In this document: positions 26,331-41,930 of the stretch, piece after piece
Position numbering within the stretch: position 1 is the stretch's first letter
Layout of the letters: the number at the start of each line of letters is the position of its first letter
Assembly (NCBI RefSeq): GCF_009914755.1
Contig: NC_060932.1
Source: the human T2T-CHM13v2.0 reference genome, Homo sapiens
Length of the DNA stretch: 64,000 nt
Direction: 5' to 3' (one strand)
Made by a program: the position numbers and the translations under genes
Notes under the pieces: model-generated
The model's input: the letters and a program-made list of their open reading frames with translations, nothing else
Database searches by the model: none
Told to the model about the DNA's origin: nothing

Positions 26331-27835
26331 TATATGCGGGCTTATCATACTAAACATTGTAATGGTAGGTAAACAAGGTGGCTTGGGATACTCTCAGAGA
26401 ATAACAAGGTAGCTCTCTTTTAAGTAAGCTCAGTAATGTCAGTAACTAGCAAAATGTGCTTTTAAAGACCAACAACTTGTCATCGGAGGACCATGGTCAG
26501 GCCAAGCATGTAGCTTTTTGTGCCTAAAATTGCTATAGATGAAAGAAAGTAAATGTTTTCCTGAGAACCTAGAGGAAATACAGAGTTAAATGAATTGGTG
26601 ATTGGCATTTGTGACTTAGTGAAAGATGATACACTATTGTACATTCTTTTAAAATTGCTGTATATGCTTTGAAATCAGCTTATTGTTTCTCTTAGGCCAC
26701 TTCAATAGACTTCATAGACATCCATTCCCTGGCCCCACATTGCTGGAAAGGCTGCCTCTGAATGGGAAAAAAAAAAAAAAAAAAAAAAAAAAAGACCTGG
26801 CCTTGGCTTTCAAACCATTAAATGAAGGCTAATGTCAAAAAAGAGGTTTCACCCAAGCTGGGCTTTGAGGGATGAGAAGGATCTGTTCAGGCAGGGAGAG
26901 CAGCATTGTCTAGGCAAGTGCAGGCCACTGAAGACCACCCTCATTAAATCAGAGGACACTTAGTGGGAATAAAATCAAATTAACTCATCAGGAATCAAGA
27001 AAAGATCTCATGATGTGGGCACATGACACACTACATGCATGACATGGGCTCAGAAGTCAAAAAGTATCTTGTGATGCCAAGCAAGTGGGGAAGAGTCATT
27101 GCTGCTTCTTTCCCCCACATTCCCTAAGTGTAACACATTTTTTTCTTCCAAAACTGGGAGCGCTTGCCACTCAGAATGAGGAAATGTGCCTCTGAGCCAT
27201 GGGATAAAGAAGGAGCCCCTCCAGAACAGTTGGATTGAACACATCCTCATCTAAAACATTTCATCATTCATTCTGCATGGATTTGTTGAGTCCTGACAAG
27301 TGCCAGGTCTTGTTCTTGGTGCTGGCGTGCAGCAGCGAACAAAATAACCCTCCCTCGGGGAGGAAGCAGACAATAATCAAAGAAGATAAGTGAACAATAT
27401 GATTTTGTGGAGGCATTAAGTGTCTACATGAAAAAGTAAGGGAAAAATAAAAGGAGGGGTAGAAGGTGCTGGAGGTTTAGTATAAAGAAATGTGCATTTC
27501 AAAGCGTATTTCTTTATATTAAAACAGACATAAGAATAGTGTGAAGTTTAGTGTGAACTTTGAATGAAAACTCGCAGCCCTGGACTCTGTCTTCTTCCTG
27601 CAGATAGAATCCATTCTCCCCTACTGTCCGCGTGCTTTGGTCAAAGTTTGAGAAGCACTGCTGCGGAAGAACGAGAGTAGGCTTTGGAGTGAGCATCACT
27701 CCCTAAACACATAGTAGCTGGCTGGCTCCTGTCTGGTTTCTTCAGATCTCCAGTGATTCTTAAACCTTTGAGTTCTGAGCCCTAAAGATAACTAAAACAT
27801 TTTTTTTACATGTATCAGAAAGAAAGAGAAAGAAA

Positions 27836-27883
27836 GGAAGGAAGGAAGGAAGGAAGGAAGGAAGGAAGGAAGGAAGGAAGGAA
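27836..27883 (+). repeat. (GGAA)12 microsatellite
   Basis: 12 uninterrupted GGAA units. Confidence 0.95.
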
Positions 27884-28716
27884 GAAAATCAGGCTCAATT
27901 TGACATTATGTTCAGTGTTTTTCTAAAATTTAAGATTCAGCAAAATAATCATGTTTCCAAAATCAAGAGGTGTAACCATAGCCAGAACAAAACATATAAC
28001 AAATTTGTACCCACTGGTGGTAGTTCTTTTTTGTCCCTGTGAAACTTTAATAGTTGGATTTGTTGAGATTAGTAGCTCCTTTTAAAAATTATTTTAAAAG
28101 TAAAAGTAAAATTTTGCCCTTTAAAAAGCTTATGAAAGTAAGATTAGCTTAGTTTTTCCACAGTTCTGGGAAACTTAAAAATGATTTCATTTGATGACTG
28201 TCATCCCACCGTATGAAAAATAGATTAAGGTTAAGAGAATAACTCATCTATTACAACCTTCAGGCTGAAAGCCTGTCTAAGTCAAGCATAATCTCCACCC
28301 AGATAAATGTTTCTTCCATGAGCAATTAACTTAAACTCTCTTTCAAAACACACAGTACTTTCAAAATACTAGTTCCTTACAATACCTCTCAAAGACTTAG
28401 GTTTTTTTTTTAGTGAGTGTTAAAATGATAGCATTGCCTTCTTATTTATGTAACACATATTTACTATTTCAGTAGGTGCAATTTTGTCTTTGTTGTTTCC
28501 TGATCAGTTTAGTCATCTCATATTGGCACTTGAGAGGCAATAAATAGAACGCTGGATTGAGATTCCAGAGATTTGAGTTGAATCATACTGTGGGGATTAT
28601 TAGCCATGGAACACTAGTTAAGTCCCCTGATCTCTGCAGAGTTCACAACTCTAATATGAATGAGTTGTGCTCCCCAAGGAGCTCTCTCATTTTAACTCTC
28701 AAGTTCCATGATATAA

Positions 28717-29100
<384 letters not shown>

Positions 29101-30199
29101 GTCTCTTTTAAGCCAATTCTAGGTGCTGTCTGTATCTTAGGACTGCCATCTCTGTTCCTAACAACATCACCCTTAATTTCATGAGCCTTCCCTGCTTCGT
29201 TGGGAATACAGAAATTATAAAATTATGCATTTTCTTGTTACCTTCTTATTTTGCTAGTTATTTCTTCAGTAATAAGATGCCTAACAGCCATGAACCAAGT
29301 AGTTTCTATGTTTTATTATTTGTATTAACCTCCCTTTCCACAAACTGATAATTGTTCAATCTAAGATGTGTAATTATTTCCTACTAATGATATTTTCATA
29401 TCTCTGAGGCTTTTCTCTCCATCTTCCTTTTCTTACAGCTTTTTTCATGCAAGACCCTTCTGGTGTCAGTAACTGCAATCCTACTCACACTAAAGAAAAA
29501 AAACAGGGCAGAAGAGGAATTTATCAGCTTGGGTAATCCAACCACACATGAACCTGAGCTTGGGAAAATTAGATGTGGGGCTTTAAGTGATGTGTGGTCC
29601 TCTGTCTTTCTGTCTCTGTCTCTGTCTCTGTCTGTCTCTTCTGTCTCTCTCCTTCTTTCTCTCTCTCTCTCAGAGTGTGTGTGAAACTTATTTCATTATC
29701 TGGCCGACTAGAGCCAGATCCACAGGCAGCTCTGGCCACACACTTGTCCACCTTGTGAACAGGTGCAGAGGAAGTCTTTGCTATGTGCATCAGCTGGAAA
29801 AATCCCAGTGAATGATTTCTGGATGGCCCAGTCCGAATCATGAGCGGACACTTGTGGCCAAGGGTGGATGGCTGTGATGGATGGCCTGCACCAAACCATG
29901 TAGTTCAAGAGAAAAAGAATGATTACTGTATTGAGCAGAAAAAGAACATGAAAGGCCACCATATGTTATAAATATAATCAATACTATCACAAATCTGAAA
30001 CATACAAATTTGTAGAAGGGATAAAAGTCACATCTAACCTCCCTACCCAAAGATAACCCCTGTAATTGTTTTTGGTATATTTATTTTCATTTCTTTTCTA
30101 TGCATCATCCTTTTTGTCTCACATTATTTTTCCACCTAATTTTATAATGAGAGATTTTCTTTTGCACATGGTGGTATATAACTTGTAGATGTTTATGGA

Positions 30200-31522
<1,323 letters not shown>

Positions 31523-32528
31523 AGTGTATTCAAATATTACAGTTAATTTAAAAATAAAGAGTAAAAACTCTTCATAGCAAAATTCTTACTACAGAATATT
31601 GTGTCAAGCTGTGCAATGATTTCACCACATCTTGCTATGTAATATAGTGCCGCCAACCTTTGTACAGAAAGTATTATATACCTTTTGGATTCTTTCCTTA
31701 GGATCAGTGCCAGAAGTAGAATCAGTTGGTCAAATAGCATGCACATTTTCTTGATACGTTTGACTAGACGGCTTTACGAAAGAGTTTGCTGCAATGTGCA
31801 CTCTGAAAACCACAAGAAAGTGGCTGGCGTCCTGCATGCTCTCTTACTTTAATCATGTCTTTTTCTATCATTCTCTCCCTTGCCACTTTGACAAATGTTT
31901 CATGAAATTTCATTTTGTTTTAATTTATGTCTTTGATCATTAATGAAGAAAAATAGTTTCCCATGTGTTCAAGTTTTACTTCCCCTTCTGCACATTATTT
32001 TCTTATCCTTTGCCCATAACCCTGATAGAATCAGAGTTTTTCATATCCACTTGTGTGAGCCCTTGGCATTAAAAACCCTATTGCCATATTTTCTGCAAAT
32101 ACTTCTCTAGCTTTGTTGTTCAATTTCTTCACATTTTCTTGCTAATTCTTTAGATTTACATATGGGCCTTTCTTTTCCTTTCTTCATTGAACTTATTTAC
32201 AAATTATTCCTGTTTTCCACCAATGTTTGTACTAATGACCTCTGCTAGACTTCATCCATTATCATTTTCCTTCAATTTTGATTTCCTTTTATAAATTGAC
32301 CTGCAGCAAGTCTTCATTTCAACGACTACTATTTTTTTACTTGCTTATGTCACATCATAATTTCTTTTTACTACAGTGATGTGCTATTGCTGGGAAGAAT
32401 TTTTAAAGTTTAGTTTGCAGATTTGATTCTCATTTACTTAGTTATTGCTTACATGCCTTTCTTTCTGTATTTTAATTAATAACCCTTAATTAATCCTTCA
32501 TCCTAATAGAAATATTTCTAGGCTTAAT

Positions 32529-32840
32529 GGCCAGGTGTGGTGGCTCATGCCTGTAACTCCAGCACTTTGGGAGGCCGAGGCATGTTGATCACCTGAACTC
32601 AGGAGTTCAAGACCAGACTGGGCAACATAATGAAACCCTGTCTCTACAAAAAAAAAAAAAAAAAAAAAAAATTAGCCAGGCATGGCAGTGCACACCTATG
32701 GTCCCAGCTACTCAGGAGGCTGAAGTGGGAGAATTGCTTTAGCCTGGGAGACAGGTTTCAGTCAGCTGAGATCACGCCACTGCACTCCAACCTGGGTGAC
32801 AGAGTGAGACACCCTCTCAAAAAAAAAAAAAAAAAAAGAA
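32529..32840 (+). mobile_element. AluJ
   Basis: Full Alu dimer with long A linker. Confidence 0.9.
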
Positions 32841-32971
32841 AGAAATATTTTAAGGATCAAATAATAATTAGCATAATACCTCTAATAAGCAATGTTTTCC
32901 AAAATACTAAACCTAGCCATTTTAATGTATTTAACATTAATATAAATGTGAGCATACAAATGGCTCACCTG

Positions 32972-33165
32972 CTAGAACATTCTGCAGTGATGGAAATGGT
33001 CTATATCTGTGCTGTTCAGTAACAGCAGCCACCAGCCACATGCAGCTATGGAGCACTTGCAATGTGGCTGCTGCAAATAAGGAATAGAAGTTTTAATTTT
33101 ATTTACTTTTAATTAAAGTATGAATAGCCACATGTGACTAGTGGCTATCATGTTGGATGATGAAG
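32972..33165. mobile_element. MER3/MER33-like hAT MITE
   Basis: agaacattctgcagtgatggaaat...agccacatgtgactagtggcta. Confidence 0.75.
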
Positions 33166-34765
33166 GCTCAAACCTTCCAAGGGTCATTTTCTACTTTCCA
33201 GATCCATTTTTAGGTAGATCTGACTGAGAAAATTTAAAAAAGAAAAATCACACCCAGGATTCTTTGCTGCAAATCGAAACTACCATAACTATGTTTTTTT
33301 CTCATCTATCTACCTAATTTTAAAAATTAAATGTTTTGAATTTGAGCTTATTTTTAACAACTCTCATTTATTACCTTCATCAGGTTTCCAATTAGGGTAT
33401 TTCGAGGTTTGATGACAGATGTCAAAAGCTCCTAATCTATCCCCTTTGCCTCCAGTGCTATTTTTATCTACACCATTTTAGTTTCTATGTTTGTTATTTT
33501 ATCTCAAGCTCTTCCAGGGGAAGAAGTACCTAAATTAACCCCAGCAACCTATCATGGGAGTCTTGAAAGCCATAAAATAGAATGAGACATCAGCATATGC
33601 TGATATAAATGCCACTGGGATTTCTTAAAAGCTAGTCATAAATTTCTTTTTGTTGTTATGCCTGTTAATATGAAAAAATTGAGAGTGAGACAGAATTTTG
33701 TAAGAAGTGTAAAAATTCCTCGGTACTTACCATACTTGCCAGGATAAAGAATTTTCCTTAAACCATTGTAGATATAAAGACTGTCCTTCCGGTCGACAAT
33801 GTGCAAGAAAGAAGGAGGGCTGGGGAAGGCAGTGGGTGGAGCAGCCTTGATTACCTTCCATTTCTTTGACTGTGGATGCAGAGGTTACTTGCAACATTTT
33901 TGTCGCATTCCTATAAAAGCTATGGTGGAGCTGCTTGTCCCACCACCTCCTCCATATAAACCCCATTATCCTCATGCCCCCAGTGGCTCCATATATTTAT
34001 CTAGTCACGGCCATCCTGCCACCTGATATCTTGCTTCCTATTGCCACACAGCAGGCAAAGCTGGCTTGGCCGAAGCTGGAATTTCAATCAAAACCTTTAT
34101 TTCAAAATAAATACTGTTTCTCCTTGCTGCTTTCCAGAACTTAAGAGGAGTGAGGAGAAGAAAAATAAAGAGAAACAGGAAAGGAAGAAGAAGAAAGAGG
34201 AAGGGAGAAGAAGAGTGACCAGCAAGAAAAACACAAGAATAGTCTTGGGTCTTCGCTAATTTATTATGTTATATATAAAAATCCACACATACACAAAAAG
34301 GTTTTCGTCTATTTATCCTGAGTTGCCACTTTCCCTTATTCAGTTTTCAGTGCAGAGAGGAAATAGCTAGTGATGATCTTGGATATAAAAATAATGATCC
34401 TTAATATTTGTTTCCAAATCTTTTCCAATAGGTTTTCAATACAGAGTTCCAGCCACCACACCATAATCATTTTACCTACGTTGTTTCACAAGGTTTTTTC
34501 CAACATTACTTCTGCGTTATTCTACTATAAGTGATACCATTTTCTCATCAGCATTAAATGCCTTTATCTTATTCTCAATTCATGTTCAGCTTGTTTCTCC
34601 TAATGATCTCTGTATCCCTTTTACATACCTTGCAAATAATCAGTGATCCCCTACCCAGGGTATTTATATCTTCTAGAATCTAAAATCCAATGTCACCCTA
34701 AGTGTATGAGCTGCCATCTTTCAGAATAGCATTCAGCTTGTGTTTTTTTAGGCCTGTAGATATTC

Positions 34766-34940
34766 CTGGCCAGGCTACATAATTTGCAGAGCCCAGGATA
34801 AAATAAATATGCAGGACTCCTTGTTCAAAATTATCATGAATTTCAAGACGGAGACAGAAGGGCGTTAAACCAAGCATGGGCTCTTCCAAGCAAGAGGCCC
34901 TGGGTGACAGTACAGGCTGCATGTCTAGGAAGTGGGCCTT
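34766..34940 (-). mobile_element. MER45A-like hAT-Tip100 MITE
   Basis: ggctacataatttgcagagcccag...aatttcaagacgg...ttaaaccaagc. Confidence 0.75.
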
Positions 34941-35509
34941 GTCTCCAGCTTTTTCATATAACAGTGGGAATGGTGGGTACAATATACTTGAGGCAAAGCT
35001 GTGTGTCTTAGGGTGTCCTCCACTTCATTTCTTCAGACTCTCCTTTAGGATCTTGTTGGAAAAACTCTGAAGTTTTGAGCAAGTGAGGTATGTGGTTCAA
35101 TGTGTATGTTAGGAAGGTATTATGGCAGCAGCATAGAAGGGAGACCTGAAGGGAATAGTCATAGAGTCAGGGGGACCTGCTTTAGTCCAGGGGAAATGAA
35201 GAGGGTCTGAAGTAAAGCTACCACAGAGGATAAATTGAGGTGAGGGTGGATTTGAGAAATATTTCCAAAGCAGAAATCAACCAAACCTGGTGACCAACAG
35301 GATGTGGGCAGAACAAGAAAAGAAGGAACCAGGGACAATTGTCTGTTTTGAACTACAGGGACTAGGTGATCTTAGTGCTAGTCACTGAGGTTGGGGAGCA
35401 GGCTTGGTGGGGGACATAGCACCATTTAGGAAATATCAAGTTTCAGATGCCCACAGACATCCAGGTGAAGTTGCGTGATAGTTGTTTGATGTTTAAGAGA
35501 TAGATCTGG

Positions 35510-36300
<791 letters not shown>

Positions 36301-36734
36301 GTGTAGGAATGATGAGCCTACAGCGATGTTTGCCAAAGTAACTGAATGTGCCTTGAGATTGTAGATGGGGACTGAAAATTGCCACAGAATTTGGTAACGA
36401 GTTGGTGATGCTAACAAGAGAATGAAAGCCAGATTGCTGTGGATTTTTTAAATTGCTGGGAATCGAGGAAGTAGCGAATGGACATTTCAGATTTTTATTT
36501 TTTTAAAATGTATTATTAAAGGAAGGAGCAAAGGAAATAAGATAAAGAGAAAGAAGTTTTGAAGATGAGAAATTGGCAGTGGCCCCAAGTAGAATGAGAG
36601 ATGGAGCAGATACAGGTGACAGCCAAGTCATGGCTTGATGAAAGAGCAGCTGAAATTGGCTCCCACAAATGGTGTTTCTGCTGCAGGACTGTGTGATAGT
36701 CTCCAGTGTCTCTCAGGAGTGAAGAAAGTGAACT

Positions 36735-37090
36735 CAGTGGCTATAAACTGTGGTTCTCAAAGTATGGTCCATGGACCAGCAGCAGCTGCTGCAGCCCCTG
36801 AAAACCTGCAAGAAATGCAAAACCTCAGGCCACACCCCAGGCCAACTGAATGAGAAAACCTGGGAGTGGGACTCAGCCATCTGGTTGAAGAGACCCTCCA
36901 AGTGATTCTAATGAAAGCTAAAGTTGAGATTGACTGCCAGACCATTGCTACCCAAAGTGTGGTCTGCCATCATGCAGCATCAGCATCATTTGGGAGCTTA
37001 TTAGAAATGCAGAATCTCTGTCCTCTCCCTCACATCCAAATCAGGAGTTTAATAAGATCCCCAGGTGGCTCCTATGCATATTAAGCAGCA
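36735..37090. mobile_element. Two adjacent MER5-family MITEs
   Basis: gtggttctcaaagt...gaaatgcaaaacctcaggccacaccccag and caaagtgtggtc...ttagaaatgcagaatctc. Confidence 0.75.
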
Positions 37091-38242
37091 TTGAACTTAG
37101 GGACTTATTCTCCTCATTGGTATTTGTAGATAGCCAGTGATTCTTGAGGACCTAAATGAGAGGGTAACTTTTAGTGGAGTAATTTCAGGTTTGATTCAGA
37201 TGACAGGAGAGATATCAGATTTTGGAGGCTGAGAACCCTGCCCGACACCTTTCAAATGATACCATATAGGTGGCTGGATCTGCTGTCCCTTCTCACGGAC
37301 TGCACTTGAGACAGAAATGGAAAATTATAATGCAAAACAAAACAAAATGCAGCTCTGAAGGTCAGCCCTCAGGAAAGGTTATTGAGTGTCTACTATATGT
37401 CCTAAGTTCTTTGGTGGACCCTGAAATGCCCCGACTGTTGCTCAGTTCCTATGCTTAGGAGCTCCCAGTCTAACAGAAGATACAGATGCATGAACACATT
37501 ATTATGATCCCTCTGGTAAAGGCATGATCTGGATCTGCAAGGGAATTTGGGGATCATGGAGGAGAGAGCCAGACGGCCACAGTGGGTCAAGGAAAGCTTG
37601 TTGGATGAAGTCCTGCCGGAGCTGAATGAGTGGGGATCTACCAGATGATGAGGTGGCAGAAAGAGACATTCCAGGGAGAGGTGGCCTCAGGAACAAAGGC
37701 ACAGAGACAACAAAGAGTTTAGGATCTCCACTCTGGGGGCAGGAACATATTCTTTACAAGGCCAGGGTGCGTCTAATTAAAAAAAAAACAACCCACAGTT
37801 ATTTTTGACATTTTCAATCCAAAGACCACGTAGTCCTACTTTTGAGCATGACTCTTTGTGTAGGGCTTAGGCTAGGCTGCTGTGATGGAAGAATTCTGCA
37901 ATGGCCGCAGCATTGACATCACCCCATGTCACATGTGAATCAACAGTCCTGAGAGAGGGAAGTTAAGCCCATGTTAGGTGGTCTACGGAGAAGCTCCTCT
38001 ATTGTCACATTCTCTCTTCTTCTTAACCCAGAAACCATGATTTTGGTGGCACAGAGAAATGTGAACACTCAGGTTAAAAACACTTGACACCCTCATTTCT
38101 CCACTCAGATCACTGTGCCTAAAGGCACACCCATGCACCCAGACCAGCAACACCAACCCTCTCTCTCTGCACCCCTGTGTTATGTGATCTTAGCTGTGCT
38201 CATGGTGAACTCATGCCAGAATACACCAGAATGACTATCTGA

Positions 38243-38670
<428 letters not shown>

Positions 38671-39369
38671 ATATGATGTTTTTATATTATAAAAGGATCC
38701 TTCAAGAAAGAGACAGATGTCTTATGTCTTATATTTGTCCCTCATGGCATCTCCAATTTTACAAGGGTGCCCACTCAAATACTCAATTTTGTACAACGAA
38801 GTATTGCTCGAAGGAGGCACATTAGCCTGAAGCAGTCTCAGTCAATGTTAGTTCAAAATTTTTCCAGAGGCCACTTGATGCATTCAGTAAAACCAAGAGT
38901 CAAAGAAATTTAACTTAGATTTGGCCATTTTCCCGGAATCACCACTGATGGATGTTGCTGGAAATGAGAAATCTATATACCACCTTATAAAGCAAGATGG
39001 TGTGTGATTTTGACTTGTAGACCACAAGCAGGAGATTGATTTTTTTGTGGTTAGGATAAAGTATCCAGAGGCAACATCATATACAGGCCCCAAAAGTGCT
39101 GCATGTCAAACAGCTTATCTGGAGGTGAATATGACGTGGTTTGCAGAACTGTTAAAGTTTGGGAAAGTGGTTCTAGTGATGGCAGAGACCTGATGTAAAA
39201 GACTCGTGTGAAAAGTTTTAATAAAATAGATTCAAGGAGTGTGAGAATGGCAAAAAGCAAAGTATTATTTTATAAGATGCTTTTTAAAAAATATTTACCT
39301 GTAACATTTAATGAATAGTATTTTTCTAACCTAGTCACACACACTATAAGGTAATAAGTTCAATTCAGT

Positions 39370-40255
39370 CTACCTGTTGAGTGGCAGACTCATATATTTG
39401 ATATCCAACACAATAGTTGGATGTCTATTAGGCATCTCAAACTTAACAGGACTGAAATAAATTCTTGGTTTTCTTTTCAAACTTGTTTCTTCCCCAGTTT
39501 TGCTCACTTTAATAAGTGGCACTGCAATTTACCTGTTAGTTTAAGATAAAAACTTAGAAGTCATTCTCGACCTCTCTTTTTCTCCCACATCCCAGATTTA
39601 TCTTCAAAATACATCCTAAATCCAACCAATCCCACCACCTCCACCACTATGATATTTATCTAGCACTTATCATCCCTAACCTGGACTACCTCCTAACTAG
39701 TCTTATTGTTTCACTTTTGTCCTCCTACAGGCAGACCTCCACATAGCAGCCAAATTGTGTAAAATATACAAAAAATAAAGTATGCCCCTCCCCTGTCCAA
39801 GAGCCTCTGATAGTATCCCATCACACTGAGAAGATATCCAAATTTTCCTTCTGAGGCCCAGAAGACCCTATAATTATATTACTATCTCCATCCCACCTCT
39901 CAGTAACCTGCTCTCCTTTCCCTCCTACCTATCCACATTGCCTTCTGTCTTCCTTCATTACACTAAACTCATGTTCATATCAGGCTGTCACACTTCTAGT
40001 CCTGTCTGCCAGAACACCCTGCTTCCAGACTTACCACGACCTGCTGGCTCCTGAGCTTCATTCAGGCATCTGCTCAAATATGTCCTTAAAAAGGCCTTTC
40101 CTCACCACCCTGCTAAAATTGCACTTCAAACCTGATTCTTTTTTTCTTTTGAGCACTTATTACCAGCAGCTCTATGACATTGAGATATTATCTGTCTTGT
40201 TCATCCCTCTGTCCCTAAAATAGTGCTTAGCATTTATAGTTGCTTAAACATTTCT
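39370..40255 (-). mobile_element. L2 remnant
   Basis: ggatgtctattaggcatctcaaacttaac and further L2 phrases. Confidence 0.7.
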
Positions 40256-40366
40256 TTCCTGAATTTAAAGTAGTACTTGACTATTCCATCTATATCCCCA
40301 TAAGAATGGTTAACCATTCTAGTGGGCCAAGAAACTTTTTTGTGAATCTTTCTGTTGGAAGATCTC

Positions 40367-40550
40367 TAGTGGTTCTCAAATTTCACCACGCATCAGAATC
40401 ACTTGGAGAGTTTGTTAAAATACAGATTAATGGCACACAGCCTCAAAGTTTCTGATTTAAAAAATGTGGGTTGGGGTTGGAAAATTTGCATCCTAACAAG
40501 TTGCAAGGTGCTGCTGTGGCTGCTGGTCCAGGTACCACACTTTTAGAACA
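40367..40550. mobile_element. MER5A
   Basis: tagtggttctcaaa...gcatcagaatcacttggag...accacacttttagaac. Confidence 0.8.
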
Positions 40551-40601
40551 TAAGAAACAACTGGTCCAGGTACCACACTTTTAGAACATAAGAAACAACT
40601 G
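40523..40601 (+). repeat. Perfect 38-bp tandem duplication
   Basis: ctggtccaggtaccacacttttagaacataagaaacaa twice, plus ctg. Confidence 0.95.
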
Positions 40602-41499
40602 AGTCACCTCTGGCAATGCCACTTCTTCACATTTTCTCTTCCCAATCCCTCGACCCTTTTTTCATTTGCCAGTAGCACCACAGAAAGCCATAGGACTTGT
40701 GCCCCAGATCTACTCCTCACTAGGACAACCTTGTGATATGAAGCACTTGAGGACCAAGGCTTCCATTCCTCCACTCCCAGGATTTTGCGCTGTACTTCTC
40801 AGGTTTTGCACAAAGTCGTAGAAGGAAAAGTGTTTGTGGAGCATTGTGCATTCTAATGATGTCAAAATTTGTAAAAGGAATGCCTTTTATCCTCATCCCC
40901 TGCCAGGCTTTAAGCCAGTGCTTTCTGCACCTTAAGATTATGCCAGCATCATCAGTACTAAAAGGTTGTGGTTCACCCCAATCAAATAGGACTCTTTTGA
41001 CAGCAATTGCAAGCCTGGGCAATGACTGATTGTTTAACTTCTGCCCTGTGTTGTTCGAAGGGAGCGGGACTGAGATCTAGTTCTTCACCTGCAGCAGTGA
41101 GATTTCTTATGTATTTCAATGGGTTATGGCTGGGTGAAGGGAGAAGTTTCTGAAACCTTTCTCACTTTGAAGGGGTGTGTGTGTGTGTTAGACTTCCACT
41201 TAGATGAATCAGCCTGGAGCCCTTTCAGGCTTCCATGTTTCTTTTCCACCCCCGTTTTTTCATGCACATTTAAAATTGAGTGATAATTCTGAGCCCCATT
41301 TTATTTTATCTTGTTTCCTGATAGTCTTCTACTGCTCATTCCTCAGAGTAAAATCATTAAAGCTCTCTCTAAGAATACAATTATCTTGGGGGGGTATGAC
41401 CCATTCAACATTTACCTTATTTACATTTACAATGTTCAATACCTTAGCTATTTGTGATGGGTTAATCAAGCTCTTAACAAGTCTTTGAAATCAGGAGAA

Positions 41500-41930
41500 A
41501 GGAATTTTATGGGTAAATGGCGGTAGTGTAATCAGTGAACATCTGGGGTACAAAGCATGTCAGACAAGGGACCCTTGTGTTGGAACTGTTCTGTATTTTA
41601 ATTCTGTTTAATTCTATCACACATGTAGATTCGATGAATCTACATGTGTGATAGAATTAAACAGAATTAAATACACACACACTACTGCACTGTAAATACA
41701 CACAGAATTAAATACACACACACACACACAACTGTAAAACTTGTGAAATCTGAACAAGGTGGATTGTATTGTCAATATCCTAGTTAGGATATTCTACTGC
41801 AGTTATTCAAGATGTTACCGTTGGGGAAAACTGGGTACATTGGACAAAACTATGTACACATAATCTCTGTTATTTCTTACAACTGCATGTGACTCTAAAA
41901 TAATCTCAGAATTCAAAGTTCAAAAAAGAA
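41500..41930 (+). mobile_element. L1MC-type 3' end
   Basis: ggaactgttctgtat...gatgttaccgttggggaaaactggg...ttcttacaactgcatgtga. Confidence 0.8.
41597..41671. repeat. Perfect inverted repeat, 36-bp arms, 3-nt loop
   Basis: tttaattctgtttaattctatcacacatgtagattc-gat-gaatctacatgtgtgatagaattaaacagaattaaa. Confidence 0.97.

Noticed and set aside
38840-39290. Unique mRNA-like stretch, possible processed pseudogene
   Set aside because: No recognisable protein, poly-A or TSD.
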